Part shown: one piece after another, positions 27,285 through 36,811 of the stretch
Layout of the letters: every line of letters starts with the position of its first letter
Numbering within the stretch: position 1 is the stretch's first letter
Origin: Candidatus Hermodarchaeota archaeon
Lineage (GTDB): Archaea; Asgardarchaeota; Hermodarchaeia; Hermodarchaeales; Hermodarchaeaceae
Length of the DNA stretch: 58,217 nt
Direction of reading: 5' to 3'
Assembly: GCA_016839365.1 (NCBI GenBank)
Contig: JAEOUH010000063.1
Coordinates: 1-58,217 of the forward strand
Notes under the pieces: model-generated
The model's database searches: none
What the model was told of the DNA's origin: nothing
Seen by the model: only the letters and a program-made list of their open reading frames with translations
Made by a program: the position numbers and the translations under genes

Positions 27285-27797
27285 TTATTCCGTTTTTCCA
27301 AACTGTTCCCAGGAAACGATCTCTTTAAGAGAAAGCCGCGTACTTCGCCTTTTTTGGTCCGGGTATCCGAGGGAAATGGAACAGATAACAGTATAAGATT
27401 CTGGTATGCCTAGAATCTCTTTGAAGTCGTCCTCAAAGGAAGCACCGCGAACTCCCATCCAACACGTCCCTAATCCTAACCAATGAGAGGTGAGAAGGAT
27501 GTTTTGTACAGCCTGATGGGGATCACATAAATAATATTTAGGATGAGCTTCTGGGTTTCCCAGAACAACGATAACCACAGGTGATTGTTTCATGAATCGT
27601 CCGTGGGGATGTAGTTGCCCTAATCGAGTTCGCGTCACCGGATCTTGAACTACGATAAAGTGCCATGGTTGTTTGTTTGAAGCCGATGGTGCCCATTGTG
27701 CGGCTTCGAGAATTGTATCGATTTTTTCCCTTTCGACCTTTCGAGGTAGATATTGACGAATGCTTCGTCGGTTTTTAATAATATCAACAAGATCCAT
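27285..27797 (-). CDS. Nitroreductase family protein
   Basis: 'RRSIRQY', 'APSASNKQPWHF', 'GLGTCW', 'LGYP'. Confidence 0.9.
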   Translation of the reverse strand: MDLVDIIKNRRSIRQYLPRKVEREKIDTILEAAQWAPSASNKQPWHFIVVQDPVTRTRLGQLHPHGRFMKQSPVVIVVLGNPEAHPKYYLCDPHQAVQNILLTSHWLGLGTCWMGVRGASFEDDFKEILGIPESYTVICSISLGYPDQKRRSTRLSLKEIVSWEQFGKTE

Positions 27798-27849
27798 GGT
27801 TGTTCTCCTAAAGCAGCAGCTGAGACCCCTGAAATAGTCTTACCATGCA

Positions 27850-29619
27850 CTATAATGGTCGATTCTCCTCTTCTAGAAAGAATGTTGCGGATGATGGTGT
27901 AAATGGCTGATAATGAGAAACAAGTCGCGTGAAATGGTGCTCAGGACCTATTGACATGGCTGCATCAATCCAGATATAGCTGACTTCTTGACCGAAGCGT
28001 TCAGTAGAGAAGCGACCGAACATTTGAGATAAGTAGGTTTGGAGCACTTGTCGGCGTCGGGTAAGGATTCCAATCTGTGTTTGGATCTTCTTCCGATTCA
28101 AAGTTTTTGTTTCTTCGCGTTGACGGGTAATGAGGGTATTTCTTTCCTTTTCGATTTGAGATTCAGCTTTCACAAGGTTCTCAAAAGTTTCGGTAATATG
28201 CTCTTCACTCGCAGCGAAAAGCGACTGAATAACACCCATGTTCTCTTCCCGGTACCCGGTCTGGATGGCGGACTTGAAGCATTGAAGTTCCTCATGGCTA
28301 AGAGGATTCAGTCCTTCACGTACAAGGCGTTTAGCAGTTCGGGATACCCAGGGGTTTTCATAGTATAAGCGGGTGTAACGATAGAAAATCGGCACGATGC
28401 TGTTGGCTGCTCTAAGGGCTGGAGCAACTTGAGCATGGTAGCTGGTCTCACCTGCTCCACCAACATGGAGGATGACAGGCGTGTAGCTTTGAACAAGAAA
28501 TGCTCGTGAGTCGACTCGTGGTGAAAGAAATTGTTCCCATTCGGTAAGATCGGGAGCATTCGCCTTCGTTTCAATCGTGTGCTTCGTTTTACATTTCGGA
28601 CAAGTCGCAGAGAGGGTCGTGTGACCTAATGATGGCTCTGCGGTTATTATCGGATCAAGGCGTGTTCGATGACAATCTTTTGTGGGGCATTCAAGATGGA
28701 AAGGAACATAATCATCCGCTCGTCGACCTATACCCGGTTCATATCCTAGTTGTTCTAAATTGGTCGCACTTTCATTAAGTGCATGGATTAGGGTTTGTCG
28801 ATTTGGTTCCGCAAGCAGAAATTCGAATGCAGGCAACATTAATTCTCGAATCGCTGGATTAGAAAAAACTTGGAAAAGAATCCCAGCATCACGGGCCATA
28901 TTCACAATCCGTAGCCAAAGATATGTGGTCCAATCTGAGATTGTAGTTGCTTGGGCATGAGTTGTTTCCAAGATTTTTCGAAGATCATCGGCACGTTGTT
29001 CATAGAGGTTCTGATTCTTCTTCGCGGACCCAGCTACTAATTCATGATATGTTGCTGATATTTTTTCATTGACCTGTTTCAACCAATCCCTCGATGGCTT
29101 TGGTATAACGTGCATTGGCGACATCCGATATGCTGCAGGAACTGGCAACGAAAAAGTCAAGCCACGGGGTCCCGGACTTGGTAGATGAACGACGGTTAAT
29201 TCTTTCTGTTCATGATCATGATCACCAACAAACATTACAGGCGTCGCTCGTTGAAGTGCAGCAATTTTTGTAATAGCCGCCATTTTGTTTATCACAAACC
29301 CCGGTCCTCCTAGGAGGGCAGGCTGGTGTCCCGCTTCAATGACGGCTCCCTGCTCCTCAAGCTTTGCTAGATTCTCCTTTGTCTGTGGCGTGACCATCCC
29401 GAATTGTTGGTGGATGGCCTTTATACTCTGGCATAATTTCTTCAGACGCTCCTGGGAGTACAAGGGTTGGTATTTAGAGTACTTGCCAATTATGGGCGTA
29501 CTCAGGCTCATGGCTTCCTTGATATGGTGTGGAATAGGTCCCCAAAATTGAACCGCTGCATCGTTTCCATCAAATATGTAATCGGCGAAGAATTTACTGG
29601 ATGAGGGCTTTGGAGTCAC
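27850..29619 (-). CDS. bshC: Bacillithiol cysteine-adding enzyme BshC-like protein with a four-Cys insertion
   Basis: 'IEAGHQPALLGGP..VINK' (cf. BshC TGQQ..LF.GP...YK), 'GDHDH.E' (cf. EDHD..E), 'LSPRV' (cf. FSPNV), 'VGGAGETSYHAQ' (cf. VGGPGE..Y..Q), C-terminal coiled coil. GTG 29619 has a GGAGGAG SD. Confidence 0.75.
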   Translation of the reverse strand: MTPKPSSSKFFADYIFDGNDAAVQFWGPIPHHIKEAMSLSTPIIGKYSKYQPLYSQERLKKLCQSIKAIHQQFGMVTPQTKENLAKLEEQGAVIEAGHQPALLGGPGFVINKMAAITKIAALQRATPVMFVGDHDHEQKELTVVHLPSPGPRGLTFSLPVPAAYRMSPMHVIPKPSRDWLKQVNEKISATYHELVAGSAKKNQNLYEQRADDLRKILETTHAQATTISDWTTYLWLRIVNMARDAGILFQVFSNPAIRELMLPAFEFLLAEPNRQTLIHALNESATNLEQLGYEPGIGRRADDYVPFHLECPTKDCHRTRLDPIITAEPSLGHTTLSATCPKCKTKHTIETKANAPDLTEWEQFLSPRVDSRAFLVQSYTPVILHVGGAGETSYHAQVAPALRAANSIVPIFYRYTRLYYENPWVSRTAKRLVREGLNPLSHEELQCFKSAIQTGYREENMGVIQSLFAASEEHITETFENLVKAESQIEKERNTLITRQREETKTLNRKKIQTQIGILTRRRQVLQTYLSQMFGRFSTERFGQEVSYIWIDAAMSIGPEHHFTRLVSHYQPFTPSSATFFLEEENRPL

Positions 29620-30844
29620 GGTTTGGCTCCTCCTTGGTCGCCTGTCGAACGGCGAGTCCAACGAGAAAGGTTAGGAAGCCTAGTGTAAGAATGAGGGCAA
29701 TTAGTGTTGCCATATTGGTCGCTAGGTAATCGGCATCGATTATTGGGATGGAGCCAAGGGATGTCCATTCTTCCAATTCAATTCGATGAATTTCGTAGGT
29801 GAATAGGTTGGTTTCTTCAGCCCGTCTTTTTGCAATGTAATCACTGGATTCAATTTGCCACAAAGTGACAAATGGTAAAGTTGATGCAAATAGAGACTCT
29901 GTGTAGGCCTCGATGGGATTTGCTCCCTGTTCTAGAGAATACAAATCAAATGGTAACCACCCCCACGGTGGGATATACGCCATGACCCATCCATGACCCA
30001 CTGAATTATGATAATCAACATACCGGTAAGCATTGTCTTCCAATGATCCCCAAATGAAACCACTGGTTCGTGCTCCCTCTTGGAACCAATGCCCTGTCGT
30101 CAGATAGCTGGGAATGCCATAGATGCGTAGAAAGGTTATGAGGAGATTGGATTGGTCATCACAATCGCCAATCATACTAACAATAGTTTCTTCAGGGTAT
30201 TGGGGCTCAGTAACTCCAGTTGATCTGCTGATATTATCTTGAATCCATTGAATTGCCAAAAGAACTAGCGATAGAGCATCTTGGCGGGGATACGGTTGTT
30301 GGCTTGGAATCTGGTCAGCAATAAGCTGTGCAATTTCGATGAGGGTGGCATTTCCTGTTTTCCATAAGGATGTTCCCCGTGTATAAAGTGAGTAGTCCTC
30401 AGGTTCCATAAGCAATTGGATATCGTCGAGAGTGCCAGCCTGGGCAATACTGATGTGCGGAAGCGTTGGGCGCCGATTAACAACGGCAAAAAGCCATTCT
30501 TCATCCCAGCTCAAAATTTCTCCAGGTTGCACCCGCGAAGAAAGGTTCAAGGTCAGGCGTGGGTTCCCATCCGCATCGATATCAATATCTGTGATTTCAA
30601 CTGGTGACTCATTTAGTGTCATTCTAAAAGAGATCTGCTCGCAGGTCTGCCAGGTAGTATTGCCAATGTAATTCCAATAAGGGCCGATCGGCATTGATAC
30701 TTCTCCATTTACTTCGAGGGATCCTGAGAAATGTGTCCGCCAATAATGAATATAATTGAATGCTGATACGGGGGGTGGAAGAGACGCCATAGCTAATAAT
30801 AACAAGAGGATTACCGGTATTAGCCATAAACGAAACTTGTGCAT
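29594..30844 (-). CDS. Secreted, membrane-anchored transglutaminase-like protein
   Basis: Signal peptide, catalytic GDCDD / HGW / WLPFD triad, C-terminal TM segment. Confidence 0.82.
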   Translation of the reverse strand: MHKFRLWLIPVILLLLLAMASLPPPVSAFNYIHYWRTHFSGSLEVNGEVSMPIGPYWNYIGNTTWQTCEQISFRMTLNESPVEITDIDIDADGNPRLTLNLSSRVQPGEILSWDEEWLFAVVNRRPTLPHISIAQAGTLDDIQLLMEPEDYSLYTRGTSLWKTGNATLIEIAQLIADQIPSQQPYPRQDALSLVLLAIQWIQDNISRSTGVTEPQYPEETIVSMIGDCDDQSNLLITFLRIYGIPSYLTTGHWFQEGARTSGFIWGSLEDNAYRYVDYHNSVGHGWVMAYIPPWGWLPFDLYSLEQGANPIEAYTESLFASTLPFVTLWQIESSDYIAKRRAEETNLFTYEIHRIELEEWTSLGSIPIIDADYLATNMATLIALILTLGFLTFLVGLAVRQATKEEPNRDSKALIQ

Positions 30845-31141
30845 AGTGACCAGCCGTGCCCCTAGTCCTATTAGCTGAAATCAAATGATATAAGCTCTCT
30901 CTTTTTGCTATGTTCAAAAAAGGCATTGCAAAGGCTCACCATTCGTGGGTTTTTTCTTTTGGTGCAGGGGGTATTACCACCTCTTTTAGGCAAGAAAGAT
31001 GAAAGGAATAGAAATACGATTATCATTTTGAGGGAAGCCAATCTGGATCCAAAGGTTTGCCCACTATTCCAGCGACGCCTTTCAATGAGAGGAGCCATAT
31101 GGTGACCCTTGAAATGAAACGGACTGGGCGAGGATATCAAA

Positions 31142-31627
31142 ATGAAGTTAGGCGAGGTAGCTCGACACGTTATTACATTTCTAAATGAACACTCTGACCA
31201 GGAATTCACCGCTAATACCCTCCTGATGCACCTAGGCTTGCCACTCCAAGAAAAACGACGGCTTTACGATGTTATTGAGGTTCTCAGTTGTGCTGGGCTT
31301 GTCTCTATTCGAAAAGAGGCCCGAAAACGGTACTTCAATTGGAAGCCATTACCGTCCCTAACGACCACCGAGACGATGGACATGGATATGACGCCAGATC
31401 CTCTATTTCAAGAGGCTGGTACAATTCTGCACCTTCTACTGCACTTGAATCCTGGTGCATTCCAAGAACTCAGTAATGACTCTGCAGTTAAAATGCTGGA
31501 GCGAGATGTTAAACGAACCATCTGGGGCGCTAATGCAGTCAGTGTTGTTAAAGTATCACTCCAAGATAAGGTGGGTCGGATTTTAAAAGAGACCTCAACT
31601 GGAGAGGCGCACGTAGCGGCATATTAG
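31142..31627 (+). CDS. E2F/DP-like winged-helix DNA-binding protein
   Basis: KLGEVARHVITFL...EKRRLYDVIEVLSCAGLV...YFNWK follows the E2F pattern SLG.L...F..LL...KRRIYDITNVLEGIGLI...WKG. Confidence 0.75.
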   Translation: MKLGEVARHVITFLNEHSDQEFTANTLLMHLGLPLQEKRRLYDVIEVLSCAGLVSIRKEARKRYFNWKPLPSLTTTETMDMDMTPDPLFQEAGTILHLLLHLNPGAFQELSNDSAVKMLERDVKRTIWGANAVSVVKVSLQDKVGRILKETSTGEAHVAAY

Positions 31628-31693
31628 ATGCCTAATCCAGTTATCCCTAGTGGGAAAAAACGCCATCTAGATTGGAGTGGATAGACTCAGTAA

Positions 31694-32098
31694 CTAGTCA
31701 TCCTTAGCAAGATCCTTCTTGACGGCTTCATAAAAACTGACTTCATCTTCGCCACGACGTTTCACAGTAATCTTTGATTCAACGCCTTCGAGTTTTCGTT
31801 GCACTAGTATCACACCAGTTTTCGGAATGCGATTAATCAGTTGTCCACGGAGGTATAAGGCAATGGCCAGGTCTTCAATCCGTTCAGCTACTACTGGTTT
31901 GATTTGTTTCAACTCATTAAGGTAGATGACTGCATCAGGAAGAAAGAGCGCTTCTATGATTTTTTCTCGTTCGGTCTCTCGTTGCTTTATCCGTTCCTCG
32001 GTTTCGAGTCTTAGGGCCTCCTGTTGCGCTTGCTCTTTCAGTAGCGCTTGCATTTTGCGTTCTCGTATGCGTTTGAGCTCATCAGCATCTTGGGGCAT
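31694..32098 (-). CDS. PDCD5/TFAR19-family DNA-binding protein
   Basis: 'DELKRIRERKMQAL', 'L..LKQIKPVVAERIEDLAIALYLRGQL', 'KITVKRR'. Confidence 0.8.
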   Translation of the reverse strand: MPQDADELKRIRERKMQALLKEQAQQEALRLETEERIKQRETEREKIIEALFLPDAVIYLNELKQIKPVVAERIEDLAIALYLRGQLINRIPKTGVILVQRKLEGVESKITVKRRGEDEVSFYEAVKKDLAKDD

Positions 32099-32203
32099 TG
32101 AAGTCACCCTACGCCGAAAGGGTGGCACCAGTCCAGTACTTTTATAGGTTTCGGGTTTTCTGAATTACGTCCCAAGTGACGTAATCCTCAAAAGGTATGA
32201 TCC

Positions 32204-33292
32204 ATGAACTTTTTACGGCTTACTCAGTCTACGCGTTTTATCATCCCTAGTTTCATCCTGGCTTTGTCCCTCCTCCTCGGTTTTGGGGGTGTTTCATTTC
32301 AGGTCCAATCTTCCTCTGACAATAGAGCCGTTGCACCTGTGCAATATTCCCTGGAATTCAATGGCACTCGTGCGTTCACTTACCTTGAAGGTCAATGCGC
32401 CTTTGGTCCACGACCACCAGGATCTAATAATCTGACCGAATGTGGAGATTACATCATTAGCGTCTTGGAAGGCAAAGAATGGCCAGTACAGACACAAACC
32501 TGGATTTATCAAGAAACCCAGTTAAGGAATATCATGGCTGGAGCAATTGCAGCTCCACAATATGTGTTATTAGCACACTATGATACCCGTCCAATCGCTG
32601 ACAGTGATCCCGACCCCCTTAACCACTCTCAACCGATTCTAGGCGCCAATGATGGTGCGAGTGGTGTTGCTACACTTATGGAACTAGCTGGTGTACTTCC
32701 TGAAGAAGCCAAAGCTGTCACCATGCTCCTTTTCGTCGATGCAGAGGACTCAGGGAACTACAATGGCTGGAGTTGGATTGTAGGTTCAACCTACTTCGTT
32801 GACCACCTGAGTCAAGCTCAGAAATCCAATATTCGGGCGGTCATCCTCCTCGACATGATGGGTGATGCTGATCTCCAGCTTCCCCGCGAACAATCGTCCA
32901 CACCGGCGCTGGTAGATGCCATCTGGCAGACGGCATCCGAACTTGAGTATAGTAATATCTTCTTATCTTCATCTGGACCCTATGTTATTGATGACCATCG
33001 GCCTTTCCTTTTAGCTGGGATTCCCGCAGTTGATATCATTGATTTTAATTACCCATACTGGCATACGCTCGAGGATACACCTGACAAGTGTTCTGCCGCC
33101 TCTTTGGAAGCTGTAGGGTGCGTTGTTGAAGCCTTTATGGAAACCCAGTTTGTTACACCAACGTTTTTCATCCCTACAGGGCATCCTTTCACACCCGATC
33201 AGCTAATTTTACTCTCAATGGTTCCGGTGGTGATTGGCGGATGTATCATTCTACTTGTCTACAAGCTAAAATTTCAAAAAAATACTGAGTAA
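32204..33292 (+). CDS. Membrane-anchored M28 family peptidase / glutaminyl-cyclase-like
   Basis: AHYDTRP, GANDGASG, DAED, LDMMG, DDH, WHT..DT. Signal peptide and C-terminal TM segment. Confidence 0.88.
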   Translation: MNFLRLTQSTRFIIPSFILALSLLLGFGGVSFQVQSSSDNRAVAPVQYSLEFNGTRAFTYLEGQCAFGPRPPGSNNLTECGDYIISVLEGKEWPVQTQTWIYQETQLRNIMAGAIAAPQYVLLAHYDTRPIADSDPDPLNHSQPILGANDGASGVATLMELAGVLPEEAKAVTMLLFVDAEDSGNYNGWSWIVGSTYFVDHLSQAQKSNIRAVILLDMMGDADLQLPREQSSTPALVDAIWQTASELEYSNIFLSSSGPYVIDDHRPFLLAGIPAVDIIDFNYPYWHTLEDTPDKCSAASLEAVGCVVEAFMETQFVTPTFFIPTGHPFTPDQLILLSMVPVVIGGCIILLVYKLKFQKNTE

Positions 33293-33472
33293 ATAAAACT
33301 CTTCATCTACGCAATGAGATTCTGGGATGAAACCAAACACTTTAAAGTTCGTATTAGAGTAATCGACTCTCCTCACCATGTTGCAGGAGGATTCTAATCA
33401 TTCTGCAACACGTCAAAGGACAACTGGTGAAACCAGTATACAACCAAACTAGAGATGGAGGAAACTCCCAAA

Positions 33473-33904
33473 ATGTCTAAAGAAACAGAATCTGCTGAGA
33501 CCGTCGAACCTGAAGAAGCTAAAGCTAAAGAACCTTCAGCTGAAGAAGAAAAAGACAAAAAAGTTGCAAAGAAAAAAGAAGCCAAACCTGAAGCAAAAAC
33601 AGAAGCAAAGGCGGAAGCTCCCAAATCACGCCGTGATGAGAGCGTCGTCTTTGTTGGCAGCAAACCGCTAATGAGCTATATCACTGCTTGTGTCACCCAG
33701 CTGAACCGAAATCCTGAGGAACTCGTGATCAAGGCCCGGGGGCGAGCCATCAGTCGCGCTGTAGACGTGGCCGAAGTGCTTCGAAACCGTTTCATGCCTG
33801 ATCTCATAGTGCGTCAAATCGATATTTCCACTGAACAAGTCAAGACAGCCGAAGGCAACGTAGCGAACGTCTCAGCGATGGAGATAACGCTGGCTCGTAA
33901 GTAA
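33473..33904 (+). CDS. albA: DNA/RNA-binding protein Alba with a charged N-terminal extension
   Basis: 'VFVGSKPLMSY', 'IKARGRAISRAVDVAE', 'VSAMEITL'. GGAGG precedes ATG 33473. Confidence 0.93.
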   Translation: MSKETESAETVEPEEAKAKEPSAEEEKDKKVAKKKEAKPEAKTEAKAEAPKSRRDESVVFVGSKPLMSYITACVTQLNRNPEELVIKARGRAISRAVDVAEVLRNRFMPDLIVRQIDISTEQVKTAEGNVANVSAMEITLARK

Positions 33905-34132
33905 TTGCGAAACGACAAAATACCGTATTCTACCATGGAACTACGGATCTATCAAGCGATCACAGATCGTTTGGCAAGCCATTCCGGCAGGTGAGAATGC
34001 CGAGCTACGTATAGCACGTGCGTTCACCTTTCCTTCTTTTTGCCGGACTTGAAGAGAGGATATGCTTATCATCGAATAAGAACAAGGACACAGAGTAATT
34101 TCTGTTCGGAAGGAAAACAAATGGAACCTCGT

Positions 34133-35110
34133 ATGGGAAAACTTGTGCCAACCGTCCAACTCTTATCAATTGGTGATGCGAACGTGGAATTGGCTTTCTC
34201 ATCAATTCCGAGGATGCCACAGTTTGGTCAAAAAATTCTTGTCCCTGAGTTGACACTACGGGCGGCAGGTTCTGCCACGAATTTTGCACTCTGTGGGGCA
34301 AGTCTCGGTGCAAAAACTGGATTCGCTGGTCGTTTAGCCGTTGACTCATTTGGAGAAGTTGTGTTGAAAGCCTTTCGCGAGGTAGGTGTTGATACGAAAT
34401 TCTTACAACTAGTTGAAGACGCTTCAACCAGTGTAACGGCGGCGATAATAAGTGAAAATGGAGAAGGGGCACTTTTTGTGTATCAGGGGACCATCGCACA
34501 ACTCGAGTATGAAGCGCTGAAGAAATGTCTAGAAACGAACCCGGCACCTCGATGGGTGCATTTCGCCGGATATTTTCTTCTTGAATCTCTGCAGGGGAAA
34601 CCAGTCACTGACCTTTTACAATTAGCCCAATCTCGAGGGGCAACAACTTCTTTAGATTTTGGATGGGATCCTACTGGCTGGTCTGATGAGGTTATCGAAC
34701 AAGTATTTGATGCAATTCAATTTATTGATGTCTTTTTCCCCAATGCCAATGAAGTCAAAGCGCTAACGGGGGAAAGCAGTGCAAAGAAGGGGGCAAAGCA
34801 ATTGCTAGAAGCGGGGGCTCCTACACTTGTTGTGAAACTAGGAACAAAGGGGTGTTTGTTGGCAACAAAGAAGGACGAGGTTATGATTCCAGGCTTTGAT
34901 GTCAATGTAGTCGATACCACGGCCGCTGGTGATGTTTTTGACGCTGGCTTCGCTGTTAGCATGCTAACAGGTGCGACAATGGGACGGGCTGCAGTTTTCG
35001 CCAATGCGGTGGCCGCCCTGCATGTATCCCGACCCCGGTCACAATCGTTGTTCCCCAGTTTGGAAGAAACATCTGCCTTCCTGATGCGCCATCGTCCCCT
35101 AGATGTGTGA
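34133..35110 (+). CDS. PfkB/ribokinase family carbohydrate kinase
   Basis: 'AGSATNFA', 'PNANE', 'VKLGTKG', 'VVDTTAAGDVF'. Confidence 0.9.
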   Translation: MGKLVPTVQLLSIGDANVELAFSSIPRMPQFGQKILVPELTLRAAGSATNFALCGASLGAKTGFAGRLAVDSFGEVVLKAFREVGVDTKFLQLVEDASTSVTAAIISENGEGALFVYQGTIAQLEYEALKKCLETNPAPRWVHFAGYFLLESLQGKPVTDLLQLAQSRGATTSLDFGWDPTGWSDEVIEQVFDAIQFIDVFFPNANEVKALTGESSAKKGAKQLLEAGAPTLVVKLGTKGCLLATKKDEVMIPGFDVNVVDTTAAGDVFDAGFAVSMLTGATMGRAAVFANAVAALHVSRPRSQSLFPSLEETSAFLMRHRPLDV

Positions 35111-36658
35111 AAAGACGCATCTACCACCCACATATGTAGCTAACACCTTCACATTCTTCAGCTCTTCAGGAGCTATCTCAAACGGATTCGCTGAAAGCAC
35201 CACAAAATCCGCTAATTTCCCTAGCGCTAGAGACCCTTTCTTCTTCTCATCAAAACTCGCAAAAGCCGCATCGATAGTATAGAGACAAATCGCTTCTTCA
35301 ACACTGATTCGAGTTGCAGGATTTGGATGTGTCGCTGCTGAAAAAATCCCGTACAGTGGGTCCATGGGCATACAATCAGATCCAAAGGCAACTTTTATTC
35401 CTGCATTGAGGATACGTCGGAAATTATTCAACTGCGCTGCCCGTTCTGGTCCAAGGCGGACATCATACATACCATCAGGAAGCCCCCAACGACGAACGAA
35501 ATTTGGTTGCTGTAGTAGAAGCAAATCTAATTTCTTGACCCGTTCAATGAGGGGAGGCGTTAGAAACTCAGCATGAATTATGTTATGACGCAGCTTCTTC
35601 ACAAAATCGGGGCGACTCGCTTTTTCATGAACTTGAATCACAAGCTCAACGGCCCGATCCCCGATTGCATGAGTGCTTACCTGTAGACCCAGTTCATTTG
35701 CTGTGGCAATTAGGAACCGATAATCCTCTTCGTCAAGAAGTATCAACCCATTGCTTTCGGGTTTATCATGATACGGTCGAGAAATCGCTGCGGTTTGAGC
35801 TCCCAAAGACCCATCAATAAAGGCTTTCACTCCTCCCAATCGTAGATAATCGTCTCCAAGACCAGTTGGTAGTCCAAACCCAGCCAGTAAATCAATCAGT
35901 TTGGCTTCGAGATTCACGTAAATACGTACCGTCAGTTGATCTTTTTGCCGGAGTTTTAGGTATTCGTTGAGGTAGGGAAGTTGTAACTTGTATAGATTCT
36001 CATGTACCGATGTGATGCCAACGCTATTGGCATATCGGCAGCCTTCCTGGAGTGCTTTCGCCAAGTCTTCGTCACTAGATTGGAAATTACGAGTATCAAC
36101 CGGAATATCACGAAGGATTCCTGTGAGTTCCCCACTTTTTTCATCTCGGTCGATACCAGGGGTACTAGAATCTAATACCAACTGCTTCAGGGTCACTGAG
36201 TTTACACTAATCAGATGACCACATACTCGAATTAAAATCACCGGGTTCTTCGGTGCAATGGGGTCAAGGTCTTTCTTGGTGATGTACCGGGGCTTTTTCC
36301 ACTGGCTTTCATCCCAATTATACCCGAGAATTAATTTGCCCGAAGGCGACTCGTTAACTCGTTTTTGGACTAATTGAAGCGCTTCTTCCAATGAGGTAGT
36401 ATTCCCGAGGTCGAGATGGAGCTTTTTTCGACCTAAACTCGCAAGATGTGCATGGGTGTCAATAAATCCTGGCAAGATTGTCCGACCTCCCATATCAATA
36501 GTTTCCGTTGCATAGGTCTGAAATAGTGCAACCTCGGCATTGGAGCCCATGGCAATGATGCGTTCGTTACTAATTACCATCGCCTCTGCCCGTGGAACCT
36601 GTGAATCCATAGTTCGAATATTCGCATTCAGGATAGCAAGGTCAACCTGGAACGGCAT
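35099..36658 (-). CDS. Amidohydrolase 3 (YtcJ-like)
   Basis: 'PGFIDTHAH', 'KAFIDGSLG', 'HAIGD', 'IHAE', 'FGSD', 'GKLADFVVL'. Confidence 0.9.
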   Translation of the reverse strand: MPFQVDLAILNANIRTMDSQVPRAEAMVISNERIIAMGSNAEVALFQTYATETIDMGGRTILPGFIDTHAHLASLGRKKLHLDLGNTTSLEEALQLVQKRVNESPSGKLILGYNWDESQWKKPRYITKKDLDPIAPKNPVILIRVCGHLISVNSVTLKQLVLDSSTPGIDRDEKSGELTGILRDIPVDTRNFQSSDEDLAKALQEGCRYANSVGITSVHENLYKLQLPYLNEYLKLRQKDQLTVRIYVNLEAKLIDLLAGFGLPTGLGDDYLRLGGVKAFIDGSLGAQTAAISRPYHDKPESNGLILLDEEDYRFLIATANELGLQVSTHAIGDRAVELVIQVHEKASRPDFVKKLRHNIIHAEFLTPPLIERVKKLDLLLLQQPNFVRRWGLPDGMYDVRLGPERAAQLNNFRRILNAGIKVAFGSDCMPMDPLYGIFSAATHPNPATRISVEEAICLYTIDAAFASFDEKKKGSLALGKLADFVVLSANPFEIAPEELKNVKVLATYVGGRCVFSHI

Positions 36659-36811
36659 AATATGGAAGACTCCTCATTTACGGACAAGCCAGGGATAAGT
36701 CACTATTTCAATTAGCTTCTCTCTTCATTTTAATTTCGTCTATGTTCAGCTCATCATTAAGACTAAATATAACATAGACATGAAAGGACAAATCTGAGGT
36801 GGCTTCTAACT

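Noticed and set aside
30871-31209. ORFs 30871..31209 and 30905..31105
   Set aside because: They show no motifs and one overlaps the E2F-like gene. The region is more likely divergent promoter DNA.
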